Shown: positions 1 to 13,159, counted from the stretch's first letter. The stretch is DNA of 64,000 nucleotides from Octopus vulgaris (GCA_951406725.2 OX597826.1:18290001-18354000); one strand, 5' to 3'. Translations and numbers: made by a program. Notes: generated from the sequence alone by a model not told the origin.

Positions 1-724
1 CAGCTACCTAGGGAACTTTAAATCCAAATCAGTATATACAGTAGTAGCTTATCAATCCAGCTGTTAAAGTGATACTTTGATAAGCTACTGCTATATAATG
101 ATTTAGATCATGTTTTCTGGGTATCTAAATGATAAAGCAACATTTCCTCTGATGAGAGACAACTATCCTGGAAACACATCTGCTGTTTCTTCAAGCGAAT
201 AACAGGATGGTTTTCACATCATCTGCAATCTCCTCAGCTGAGGTTTTCAAATAAATAACTGTAAAGTTATCTACATTATACTTGTTCCAGATATCCAGAA
301 TTAAGCTATGTTCTATACAAATATATATTGTGCTCTACATTTTATCATCTTGCCCATATTCAACTTATGTAACTAAAAGTTTCCAAACAAACTAAAAGAG
401 AAACCTTTCCAAAACATATTCTTTTTTTTATGCCTGTACACTAACATGGATGGAAAAAGAGATTTGGTTGGAACAGAAATCTCTTCCTACTGCAAATATT
501 TGAACTATGTATTTGTAAGACAGGAACATACTATTACCTTGGTGGATTCTGACAAGCACAATGTAAGATATGGACTCATGACCATGGGATCAGTAGTCCA
601 GCTCCTAATCATACAGTCATTGTACCTCTTAACATCACGGTAGCTATGTCCAGATCAATATGTAACCTACATACACACATCCCCGGAATATTAACTTTGT
701 ACTTGTTAACTGTTCACTAACAGA

Positions 725-1135
725 GGCACAGGAGTGGCTGTGTGGCAAGTAGCTTGCTTACTGACCACATGGTTCCGGGTTCAGTACCACTGCATGGCAC
801 CTTGGGCAAGTGTCTTCTACTACAGCCTCGGGCCAACCAAAGCCTTGTGAGTGGATTTGGCATATGGAAACTGAAAGAAGCCCATCATATATATTTATAT
901 ATATATGTATGTATGTGCGTATATATGTTTGTGTGTCTGTGTTTGTCCCCCCAACATCGCTTGACAACCGATGCTGGTGTGTTTACGTACCCGTATCTTA
1001 GGAGTTCATCAAAAGAGACTGATAGAATAAGTACTAGGCTTACAAAGAATAAGTCCTGGTGTTGATTTGCTCGACTACGGGCAGTGCTCCAGCATGGCCG
1101 CAGTCAAATGACGGAAACAAGTAAAAGAATAAAAG
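725..1135 (+). mobile_element. tRNA-derived SINE (octopus-type), full length
   Basis: tRNA-like head with A box (gtggctgtgtggcaag) and B box (ggttcagtacc), internal (TA/TG) microsatellite and AAAGA-rich tail. Same family recurs inverted at 9309-9693. Confidence 0.8.
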
Positions 1136-1479
1136 AGTAACTCATAACTCATATAAATGTGTGTGATTACACACATTTATAATTAAAGATGCTCTTTTTT
1201 TCCCTATAATTTTCAACTATGTAAAATCTAGTGATATCCACCCATAGAGTGGATATCACTAAATAATGTCAAGTGAATCTGATCTTATTTTTGTTGCCTG
1301 TTTGTATCAAACTTACTCCACAGATGCTATACAAATATTGGTGGATGTTTTCTTACTGTAAGTATGGTGTGATGTTTGGAGCTGTATTTAACAATGTTGT
1401 GATAACTTTATAACTGCATTGGTTAATGTGTTGATGTCATTGCATCTGAAGTGATATGGTGATGGTAGGTGAAGTTGTA

Positions 1480-1890
1480 TCATTGTGTGACACGGTGGAT
1501 GAGGCATTGTAATGACATCTATAGCCATGAGGTATCGTAGCTGAGGTAATGTGGTGACATCTACAGTGGGGTGGAGGATTATGGTGAGTGAGGCATAATA
1601 GTAACAATTATAGTGAAAAATTGGGGTAGTGGACTAAGTACTGTAGGGATATCTGGTGTGGTGGGTAAGGTGCTGTAGGGACATCCATTGTGATGTGGTG
1701 GTGAGGTAATATAGGGACATCTGTTCTGGTGTGGTGGGTGAAGTACTGTCGTGGGATCTGTTGTTGTGTGGTGTTTGAGATATTAGAGGGACATCTGTTA
1801 TGTAGTGGGTGAAATACTGCAGTGGTATCTGTTGTTGTGTGGTGGGTAAGGTACTGTAGAGACATCTGTTGTGGTGTGGTAGATGAAACT
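1480..1890. repeat. Degenerate ~37-40 bp minisatellite
   Basis: Repeated unit resembling gtactgtagggacatctgttgtggtgtggtgggtgaa. Confidence 0.75.
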
Positions 1891-2494
1891 TTATATAGAC
1901 AGGAGATGTAGCTGCAGTGATGTGCTGGAAATGACAGAGGCATAGCTAGAATCACTAATATTACAATGTACCATGAACAGCATCCTACAATGTAGTCTTG
2001 TCCCCTCAGCACAAGAGGCCAGAAAGTTATAGATATTGTATTTATGATGAAGCATTGAACTAACTAAAAACTGTTCTGTGGATAAGTGACTGGCAGAATA
2101 CAAATTTCACATCGGAACAAATCAGGCCATGATGTAGATTGCAGCTCAACAGTCATGGTTTTGTTTACAGGGTAATTAATATTAAGTAATTGGTTGTTTT
2201 GGGTATTTAGTTAGATAATTGTATTTTCCAGTTCCCTGGATTAACTTTGACTAGTTTTACATACGTCCATAGTTGAGTAAATGCAGACCAATAATAAACT
2301 AGAGTCACAGACTAAATTCTTGTCAGCGTAGGCAAAAAAAAAAATTTCTTTAAGTGAGACAGTGCAAATGAAGATATCAAATAAAATTTAGAAAGCTCCT
2401 GGCAGTTGCCTTTCCATTAATGTATTTCAGCTGACAATGGCAGTTGTAAAGTGGTATCACATACAATCCCAATGTAGTACAGACATTACTGAGC

Positions 2495-2850
2495 ATTAGA
2501 TAATGTTGATAGTATTGTTAGATTGATAATGGTGATTAATGTTGACAGGTTGAAATGGGTGATAGTGTTGCTAAGTTGATAATGTTGTTATAATGTTGAT
2601 ATAACGTTGTTATATCGATAATGGTGGTAGTATTGTCAAGCTGAAATATATGATAATGTTGATTGAGTTGTTAGACTGATATGGTGATAGTGTTGTTGGA
2701 AAGAAATGGGTGATAATGTTGTAGAGTTGATAATGTTGATAGTGTTGTGAGATTGATAATGGTGATAGTGTTGTCAGGTTGACAGTGGTGATGGTGTTGT
2801 GGATTTAATCCCTGAAAATCACTGAGGAATAAATTGATAATGTTATTAGA
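2495..2850. repeat. Degenerate ~26 bp minisatellite
   Basis: Repeated unit resembling gataatgttgatagtgttgttagatt. Confidence 0.7.
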
Positions 2851-3564
2851 CTGTGATTTCGATTACAGGTTTATACCTGTAACAGGATTAATGTATTCAT
2901 TATTTAGTCAACCTGTGGGATGAATGCACGTGATGTTTACAGGACTTATGCAAACTAGTGCAGGTGAAGAAGCAGGCATTTTAGGATCCAATTTTATCAA
3001 CAATATGGTCCCTGCAAAAGTATGGAAGCTCATTGAAGAATGTGAAGGTTCTGCAATGACTTTAAAAGTTTTAGCTGCATGGGAAAAATGGTAGGAATGC
3101 TGTGCTTACTGTAATTTCATATTTCCCTGTTTTTTCTTTTTTTAGTTTAAAAATTGCAACAATAGCATGGATGTGTGGTTAAGAAGCTTGCTTACCAGCC
3201 ATATGGTCTCAGGTTCAGTCCCACTGAGCAGCAACACATATGTGTGTGTCACAATCCAGGTACTTCAACATGCAGGATGCTGGGAACAGTCCAGTGGTGT
3301 GCACAGTGTATATGAGTACATACAGACAAAGATATGTACATACATATATATATATATAAAACATATATATACATATGCATTTTGGTATGTATGTCTCTGC
3401 ATCATTTATATCTACAAAGTTATAAATCTAAGCCTGGTACTTATTCTATCGGTCTCTTTTGCTGAACCACTAATTTACATGGACGTATACACACCAACAT
3501 CAGTTTTCAAGTGATGGTGGAGGGACAAACACAATCACAAAGACACACACATATGTATATATAC

Positions 3565-3603
<39 letters not shown>

Positions 3604-3607
3604 TATA

Positions 3608-3870
3608 TCATCATCATCATCATCATCGTTTAACGTCCGTTGTCCATGCTAGCATGGGTTGGACGGTTCGACCGGGGGATCTGGGAAGCCAGAAGGCTGC
3701 ACCAGGCTCCAGTCTTATCTGGCAGTGTTTCTACAGCTGGATGCCCTTCCTAACGCCAACCACTCCGTGAGTGTAGTGGGTGCTTTTTACGTGCCACCTG
3801 CACAGGTGCCAGGCGAGGCTGGCAACGGCCACAGTCGGATTGGTGTATTTTATGTGCCACCGGCACACAC
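3608..3870 (-). mobile_element. 3' UTR/tail fragment of RTE-clade LINE
   Basis: Reverse complement of 19600-19860; (CAT)n tail and gatgcccttcctaacgccaacc core. Confidence 0.75.
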
Positions 3871-3910
3871 ATTAGATATATATATATGTATATCTGTATA
3901 TCTATATTAT

Positions 3911-4850
3911 GCTGGTCCTGATGGTTTCCCAGCAATCCTCAAAGCGTGTAAGCATGCCCTGGCAAAACCTCTCCAGATACTCTTTCAGAGCTTTCTTACA
4001 AATGGCAAACTGCCAAGCAAGCTGAAGGAGGGAATAATATGCCCAATACATAAAGGGGGAAGTAGAGCAGATGCCAAAAACTATAGGCCTATCTCTCTCA
4101 CTTCACACATCAGCAAAGTCATGGAACGGATAGTCAGAGGGAAACTAATCGCATTCCTTGAAGAAAATAACTTGCGAAGTGATACCCAACATGGTTTTCG
4201 ACCAGGTAGGAGCTGCCTGACCCAGCCTTACAACTTTATAACTGGGTGTTGAGGCAGTTACTCAACAAATCAAATGTGGATGTAATCTACCTTGATTTTG
4301 CAAAAGCTTTTGACAAGGTGGATCATGGTATGATATGCCACAAACTGCGTGACCTCGGCATAGCTGAAAACTTGGAGTGTGGTTACATGACTTCCTGAAA
4401 GATAGGAGTCAGGCAGTAGTGGCTAATGGAGCCACCTCTATGAACACACAAATAGTGAGCGGTGTTCCTCAGGGCACTGTCTTGGGCCCACTGCTTTTTA
4501 TAGTGGCTCTCTCAGATATGCCCTCAAATGCCCAGATAGCCACCCTTGCAAGCTATGCAGATGATACGAAAGTCTCACAGAAAATACTGAACCCCAGTGA
4601 TGTTGCACACCTGCAGCAGGAGTTGGACTCAATTTACAGATGGGCTGAGGATAATAATATGCAGTTTAATGCTGAAAAATTCCAAGCCCTGCGCTACCAG
4701 CATCCAAAACTGAATATTCAAACTTACAGGGTACACCGGTCCACAGGGAATTTCAATTCCAGAGCCTAAGTCAGTGAGGGACCTGGGTATCGACATGAGT
4801 GATGATACCTCTTTCCAAGTGCACATTATCAGGATGGCAACAAAGTGCAT
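3911..4850 (+). mobile_element. CR1/L2-group LINE reverse transcriptase fragment, frameshifted
   Basis: Motifs GPDG, KNYRPISLTSHISKVMERIV, QHGFRPGRSC, YLDFAKAFDKVDH, SGVPQGTVLGPLLF and YADDTK, spread over several frames. Confidence 0.92.
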
Positions 4851-4859
4851 ATGTATATA

Positions 4860-4911
<52 letters not shown>

Positions 4912-5399
4912 AAGGTTATGTGCTATTTACTCCATGAAATCTTCTGTAACAATAATAATAATAATATTTTTTTGATGTATTCTTTTTTCACACAGAGGAG
5001 AACAGTGATATGTAATTAATCTAATTTAATTTAATTAATTTCTAATTTTTCTACCATGTTTTTTACATATTAATATTGCTGTTCAAAATGCAGGTATTAA
5101 AATTCTTTTCAAATTTTTAGCATCATCTCTTCTTTAACAGTTTGTTGAGTTTCTTGTTCCATATTCTTGGGATACTTGTTCCATAGATTCTCACAACACG
5201 CATCATCTATAACTATAAAAGAGAGTTTGTATGTGCGTGTGTGTGTGTGTGTGTGTATGTTCCTTATGCATTCCAAAACCAAGTTGCCAGTTTTGACATA
5301 TGGGGTATCAAAAGATTCAGTACTATTTCTGATACCAGCTAAACTTTATTTTCATTGACATATTTCCATTTCAAAAATTTAAAATTATAATCTGTTCCG

Positions 5400-5950
5400 T
5401 AACTCAACTATCGTAAGCATTTTATACGACCGCGACAACGATGACGTCACATTTTCTAAATGAGTGTGTACCTTAAAAGACATCCATCATTACGACACAC
5501 ACCTTCACTCACTCACTGTATCTCTCTCTCTCTCGCACACACATACACACACACACACACGCACGCACGCACACACACACACACACACACGTCCATTTCA
5601 TATACACATACACACATCTTATTTTTATGGAATGACCGAGTGAAACGCAGAATGAAAAAGGACAGAGAGCCAAGAGAAAGAAACAGAAAACAAGCTTCTA
5701 TAGAAGTTGAAAAGACAGTTAGCAGGTGAGAGACAAACGCTGGTGTTTCATACCCTGGGTATGTTCTATAGTTGAAAGTGAAAGAAAGCCTGCACAAAAT
5801 TGATACTGTATGTTCTATTGGTGAAGGTGAAAGAAAGCGGTACAAAGAGAGGGGGAAAGTGGCAGAGAAGGGGATGTTGAGACCCTAGAAATGAGGTCGC
5901 GTTGTACAATTTTAAGGTCATCTCTACTTTCGTCCCATGTTTCACGCGTG
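5400..5950. promoter_or_regulatory. CpG-retaining segment with a perfect CRE; possible promoter or first exon
   Basis: TGACGTCA at 5442-5449, many CpGs (cgaccgcgacaacg, gtcgcg, cacgcgtg) in a CpG-poor background, and a donor-like CAG|GTGAGA at 5725/5726. Confidence 0.3.
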
Positions 5951-6229
5951 CATAGAATTAGGCATTATCTTTCTCTTTTAATTTCTCATGATAATGTATG
6001 GAGACCTTCTGCTGTTAACATATTACAACCTCACTACATTTCCTTCGTTTGGAATTAAGAAAGGTATACAAAAGTAGCTTCCTTTGGTACACACATACAC
6101 ACATACATGCACACACACACACACACATGCGCGCGCACACACACACACACACACGCACACACGCACACAAAAATACACACACACAGATTTAAAGCTCTGT
6201 ATGAATTATGTTATTCCTTGCTGTACCCT

Positions 6230-7596
6230 AAATTACATCTGAAATTCTATGGAAATTACCTTTTCCTATTCTGTCATTCCTGTTTGTGAGGAGCGTATTT
6301 CAAAACCTGATCTTCCATTTAAACCTACAAGGAAGTTATCTCAGAAACCCTGTCCTTTACCAGTTGATTCTAGCATGTCTGTGATGACATTTGCGTAATC
6401 CCACCCCCGCCACACACACTTATTTCTTCCCTCAATTTATTCATATTCCTATGTTTTCCATAATGGCAGACCCTCAGCTTACTCAAGAAATGAAGAGGCA
6501 TGCTGTTATTGCAGTTATAAAGGCTGAGCATAGTGATTTAGAAACATCTCGATTTTTGAAAGTTACCAGATCTTACGTCTACAAAGTTTGTAAGGAGCTA
6601 GAGACTGAAGATGGAAACGTATCACCAATATCAAAGCATAAAAAGCATTCTAAATGCTCTGAAATCATCAGAACACTTGAATTTATCCAGCAAGTTCAAC
6701 AGACCATTGATTACAACCCCCAGTAAGTCCATGAGGTCAATTGCAAAAGATCTCCATGTGTCAGAAGAAAAAGTCAGAAATGTTGTCCACAAAGACATCA
6801 GATATAAGTCTTATATGATGAGGAAAGGTCAATTTGTCAGAAAAAGCAAAAGAAAATCAATACATTAGATCTAAAAGTCTCTTAAACAAACTGAAAAATC
6901 CAGCAGAAGATTTGATATGGTTTTCCTTAAAAGAGAAAAACTTCGACCAAGGTCAAAAATTTAACAGAAAAAATGAGAGATGGTTATTGCAGACCCTTCT
7001 GAAGTTCCAAGTGCTATACATACAAAATTTCCTGTCGTGGTTTTAGGGGTTATCAGTAATGAAGGACATGTTATGCCTCCTTACTTCTTTTCCAGAGTTA
7101 ACTCTGCCACCTACATTGAGGTCCTGGAAATAATTGTTAAGCCCTGGATAGGCAGGGTATGCAATGGAAGGCTATATGTGTTTCAGTAAGTCTCTGCATT
7201 ATCACACATGGCTCTAGCAACACAAGCATGGATGGCTGAAAATTTGGCCTCCTAATTCCCCAGATCTCAATCCATTGGACTATTACATGTGGAGCATTGT
7301 TGGGAGAGAGGTCAATGAACACGCCCATAACACGAAAGATTCTTTGAAAGCTGCTGTAGTCAGAGTAATGTCCAAAATGAACCAGGACCACTTGATTCAA
7401 GCATGTAGATGATTTAAATTTCATATAGAAGCAATTGTTGAAGCTGAAAGTGGCTTTATTGAATAACATTATAGAAAAGAAGGTGTATTTTTATCCTCAT
7501 AGCATTTTTTGATAAATAAAGTTATTATCTACTATTATATATCTGTTTTTTTTTTTTATAAACATAAATATGTCCTCAAATATCTTATGCACTCTG
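6230..7596 (+). mobile_element. Decayed Tc1/mariner-superfamily transposon (maT/DD37D-like)
   Basis: HTH region SMRSIAKDLHVSE; KNFDQ..NRKNERW, VLGVISNEGHVMPPYFF, YVFQ and WPPNSPDLNPLDYYMW. Stops and frameshifts present. Confidence 0.85.
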
Positions 7597-7622
7597 CATA
7601 TATATGTATATATGTATGTGTC

Positions 7623-7666
<44 letters not shown>

Positions 7667-8618
7667 TTTTAAGGGAGAAGGTCAAAACAAGACTTATTTC
7701 GTCCATACTGAATTAATGTTGAAGCATTACGAAGCCACCATAAAAACTCCATATATACATGTGATTAAAAGCAGGCTAATGAGAAGATACTTAAAGAGAC
7801 TCCACATTAATTAATATATATATATATGTATGTGTGTATATATATATAAATATATATATATTTATATATACACTATAATAAAAAAAATCCAGACAATTTT
7901 TTGAGAAGTGACATTTTACCCCCCTTGAAGTGGCCAAAAATCATTTGCAGTTGCAAAAATATAAACACTTTTTTTTCTTTTTTTTCCTCCTTTCTCTCCT
8001 CCTCCTTCCTTTCATTCCCCTTTCCCATTTAACACTACTTTCAGATAAGCAGACACCACCCCACACACACATGCACACACACACACTCTCTCTCTCTCTC
8101 ACAAGACAATGATAAAACAGAAATCCAGACAATTTTTTGAAAAGTGACATTTTGCCCCCCCTTGGAGTAAACGGTTGATTATTATTGCCAACCTGACCAG
8201 CTGCAAAGAGATCAACAAAAAATTTTTTCTTCTTTCTCTCCATTTTCTTCCTTTCCTTCTTTTTCTTTAACACTTCTTTCAGATACAAACACACACACAC
8301 ACACGAATGCACACACACACACACACACACATGCTCTCTCTCACTTCCTCCCCATTCATCACACTCTTGTACTATCTTATATCTCTCCCCACCACTACAC
8401 ACTTACTAACACTATAAAAAGAGTCAAAATTCCTGCAAGAACTTTGTTCAGTTGGACGACTCCACTAGAATGGACGAAAGTGCTTATAGATGATATATGA
8501 TATATGATTTATAAAAGCATGTAACATACTAATAAATATCTGTAAATATAAAACAATCCGAATTTCTGAGTACCTCATTTCTTCTAATATATAATACCTG
8601 TACATCATCTCCAAACCC

Positions 8619-8722
<104 letters not shown>

Positions 8723-8889
8723 ATACATACATATATACATGCATGCATATAATAATAAAGGCAACTAGATGGAATATAAAGACAAAGAGGTAGAATTCAG
8801 TTGTCACTAATACTCACTGGGAGTGCATTGTAGCACCTATATTGCTAGAAATAAGACCCAAATACACTTATAGGTACATTTATATGCTT

Positions 8890-8943
<54 letters not shown>

Positions 8944-9178
8944 GTGTGTGTGTGTATATATATATATATCCATATCTATAAATATATGTGTATGTATACA
9001 TATATTTACATACACTAGCATAGTTAGTTGGGCAGAAGGGGTGGTCTGCCCTGGGTGGCACTTTTGGGTCTGTGTTTTTTACGAGGCCTGGGTACGGAAA
9101 ACAAGTGACACACACTCTAGCTACGCTAGTGTTTACATGTATGTATCTCTATATTATGTGTGTGTGCGCTTACATACG

Positions 9179-9214
<36 letters not shown>

Positions 9215-9308
9215 TTTATATGTATATACATAATTAATAGTTCAAAGAAAACAGAGAATATACAAAGAATAACCATTTCTAATCACAGTGCAATCAATTA
9301 TTCAATTC

Positions 9309-9693
9309 TCTTTTACTCTTTTACTTGTTTCAGTCATTTGCCTGCGGCCATGCTGGAGCACTGCCTTTAGTCGAGCAAATCGACCCCAGGACTTATTCTT
9401 TGTAAGCCTAATACTTATTCTATCAGTTTCTTTTGCCAAACCGCTAAGTTATGGGGGCGTAAACACACCAGCATCGGTTGTCAAGCAATGTTGCGGGGAC
9501 AAACACATACACACAAACATATACATACACCTACATATACACACACATACATACATAACTAAATCCACTCACAAGGCTTTGGTCGGCCTGAGGCTATAGT
9601 AGAAGACACTTGCCCAAGGTGTCATGCAGTGGGACTGAACCCAGAACCATGTGGTTGGTAAGCGAGCTACTTACCACACAGCCACTCCTGCGC
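9309..9693 (-). mobile_element. tRNA-derived SINE, same family as 725-1135
   Basis: Reverse complement of head (ccacacagccactcctgcgcc) and tail (ttttactcttttacttgtttcagtcatt). Confidence 0.8.
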
Positions 9694-10091
9694 CTACTTA
9701 CCTCACAGCCACTCGCATATGTTACGTTTCAGTCAATTGTTATTGTCCAAATTTGTACTTTATAAAGGGCATTAAAGGTTATTTTTTTAATACAGGTCTA
9801 TCTATATATATATATGTGCATGTATATATATATATATATATATGAAAAAACAAGTCAGGATAGAAAATGCTAAAATGATTTTATAAAGAACATTTCAGTA
9901 CCGGTTTCAGTCATTGAGACTTTTTCACCTGTAACAATTAAATAATTAAATTTAGAAAAATTAACAGAAAAATTTTTTTAAAAGAATATTTGTATAGTGT
10001 TCAAATATAAGTGGCATTTTCCTTGTTTCTGCCTTTCTCTGTCTCTCGTTTACTCTTGTGGGTTCGAGGTCGTTGTGTGTGTATATATATA

Positions 10092-10135
<44 letters not shown>

Positions 10136-10142
10136 ACGACCT

Positions 10143-10177
<35 letters not shown>

Positions 10178-10269
10178 AAACAACTGGAAATATTCAGATG
10201 AGCACTCATGTACAAACATAGATATTTCTATATTTTCAAAATATATATATTTATTAATAAATTTATTTA

Positions 10270-10500
10270 TATTGTTGCTGTCTACTCCTTCTGCAGAGTT
10301 TGACCACCTCTTGTACTTACACTTTAGCTCTATCATGGTGTCTGATGTGGCTTTTTAAACCAGACAATGCTTTGAAAAGACACCCACATAAACTTCATAC
10401 CTGCTTTTGACCACCAAGAGCTGCAGTTAAATTCTGATCTTAAAATGTCTTTTAAGGTGCACACGGCATTGACAGACGTACATAGATAGATAGGCAGAGT
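10270..10500 (-). mobile_element. Probable RTE-type LINE 3' end relic
   Basis: Minus strand gives a degenerate ..GLKSHIRHH C2H2-like C-terminus followed by a short tail. Confidence 0.35.
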
Positions 10501-11079
10501 AGTTGGTGGAGGTTCGTTTTCCATGGGTCCACAAATGTCTTTATATACATACATAATACGTACGTACATACATATAGAAAACATGTCGTAGAGCTTAAGT
10601 TATTTGAACTTACACTCCAAAGTCTGTATCCCATACTAAGTCCACAGAGTAAAGAGTGGCTATAAGAGAAATCAGGTGAGCTAATATGGAGATAGTGATG
10701 CAGATAAACATGCTTGGACTTAATACATAAAATATACATACATACATATGCACATAAAAATATATAGAGTGAGGGTTATATATAAAGGTAGGCAATTTGC
10801 CAATCTTTCCACCCCGATGAAGGAGGCCAATATTACAGTAACATTTATATGCATCCTCTACTGGTTGCATATCCTTGCCTTCTTGTGTCTTCTAACTGAC
10901 AAACATGAACATTACAATTATTATGTCATTCTGAGCCCCAAGGAACAACTATTAAACTTAAAATATCGTACCTTCTCACCTTAGTTTTCTGTATTTTTTG
11001 TACTCCGTGCAAATTTATTTTGAAAATATAGAAATATCTGTTTGTACATGAGTGCTCATCTGAATATTTCCAGTTGTTT

Positions 11080-11299
<220 letters not shown>

Positions 11300-11443
11300 A
11301 TATATGTGTATATATATATATACACACACACACATATATATGTATGTATGTATATTTTATATATCAAGCCAAAGCATGTTTATCTGCATCACTATCTCTC
11401 TCTCTCTTTGTCTCTCTCTCTTTGTAAAGATATCTATAGATTG

Positions 11444-12119
11444 TATTAGAGGAAAAATCAAAAACCAAGGCAGAATGAGTATCTCAAGTCATTTAGAATA
11501 ATCTAATTTAGGGTAATTAATTGAAGTCTTACAGCTGATTCTGGGATAACCAAAGTGGTAGGTTAGCATGTCCACACACTGGGCATTCTGACATCAAAGA
11601 CAAGGTAAGAATATTTTAGACAGGGAAAAATTTACAGCCTACAAGGAATAAAACTCACAGGTTATAAGGAATTAATAGAAGAATAAAGAATTAGAAGAAT
11701 ATGGGCAGAAGAATCATGTTCAGGGGATATCGATGTTGGTCAGTACTTCCATGGAGGATTTTATCTAAGGACCTGTACCTTCATTGAAGTACCAATCAAC
11801 ACCCATATCCTCTGGATAAAAGATGAGTTGTGAACATTATTCTCCTTCCTATATTCTTCAAACCACTTTTACTCTTTATTCTTCTATTTTATTCCTTATA
11901 AAATGTGAATTTTATTTCTTGTAAATTGTAATTTTCCCTGTCCAAAATATTCATACTTTGTCTCTGACGACAGAATACCCAGTGCATGGGCATGCTAACC
12001 TACCACTCGGGTTATTCCAGAAACAGCTGTAAGACTTTAAAATCACCTTACCCTAATTAAATTATTCTAAATGACTGGAGATACTCATTCTGCCTGAGTT
12101 TTTGATTTTTCCTCTAATA
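11444..12119. repeat. ~675 bp imperfect palindrome (fold-back element), each arm carrying a hammerhead copy
   Basis: tattagaggaaaaatcaaaaac... at the left is the reverse complement of ...gtttttgatttttcctctaata at the right; pairing continues to a centre near 11760-11780. Confidence 0.9.
11960..12035 (+). ncRNA. Type I hammerhead ribozyme motif in the right arm of a palindromic element
   Basis: GTCT-CTGACGA-c-agaatacccagtg...cactcgggttattcc-a-GAAA-CAGCTGTA-AGAC. Stem III region is palindromic (ACAGCTGT); the base of stem II is mismatched. Confidence 0.6.
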
Positions 12120-12269
12120 TTGTATATACCAGCTATAATGAAACCCTAATAAGGATCCTTAGATCCGACCTTAGCTGTGATCTTGGAACCTAACAGTCGA
12201 CCAACTATAGCAATTACTCAGCATGCCTATTTGTTTAGATCACAACTGAACTAAACCCCTCATATTCTT

Positions 12270-12307
<38 letters not shown>

Positions 12308-12399
12308 AACACAAACACACACACAAACACACACACACATAAACAAGATTGTGGGCTAAATTTGATGTTATTTTATGTCTTCTTTTTTATCAAGAATAG

Positions 12400-13070
12400 C
12401 TTGATCTATTGATGAACAGTCAAAAGCATTGGGGAGCACAAAGGTTAAAGTGGGAGGTGTGAAAAAGTTAGCTGAGATGAAGGATTGGAAACCATCTGAG
12501 TATTGGAAAAGTGTTGCTTGTATCATGATGATTCATGCAAGGTATCAAAATGTCAATATTATGACTGCCACTCAATGCTCTGAAAACACTGTAAAGGCTG
12601 TAAGCATAACATGAACATCATGAAAACTAAATTCTCTCAAACTGTGATGATCTTTGGGTGTGTCTACAGTGAGGATGATGTTATGCTGCCCCACATCTTT
12701 GAACAGGGCCTTAGGGTCAATTCAGACATGTATGTGAAGTTACTGAAGACTGTAGTCAATCCCTAGCTGCAGGGGGTTGCTACTAGAAGGCCTTATGTAT
12801 AGCAGCAGTATTTGGTTTCTTGCCATGTTTCTGGTAAGAGTTACAAGTTCTTGTCAGAGAATTTCTACAGCTTCACTCGTCCCAATGAAAGTGCCTCCTA
12901 ATTTCCCCAATTTTAATCCCATGCATTACTATGTGTGAAGTACAATTGAGAAAGACACCAACCACTCTGCTTGCGACACCAAACCCAAGCTGGTGGCCAA
13001 GATCAAGGAGGTGTTTGAAGATCTTCCCAGAGACACAGTGAGGAATGCATGCACCAAGTTCTGGAGCTAT
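12400..13070 (+). mobile_element. Second maT/DD37D-like transposase relic, internally deleted
   Basis: VMIFGCVYSEDDVMLPHIFEQGLRVNSDMYVKLL and PPNFPNFNPMHYYV; homologous to the 6.9-7.4 kb region. Confidence 0.75.
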
Positions 13071-13159
13071 ATACACACACACACTCACACACACACACTC
13101 AGACACACACACTCACACACACACACATGCACTTATATGCATATATATACATATATATA

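Noticed and set aside
725-800. tRNA gene candidates
   Set aside because: The A/B boxes belong to SINE heads and no complete cloverleaf is present.
1480-1890. Regular ~37-40 bp repeats superficially like a CRISPR array (also the RTE 3' UTR repeats at 19.4-19.7 kb)
   Set aside because: Units are degenerate and contiguous, with no unique spacers and no cas genes, in a eukaryotic context.
10808-10870. CCGATGAAGGAGG...CCTC hammerhead-like start
   Set aside because: No GAAA or cleavage triplet downstream.
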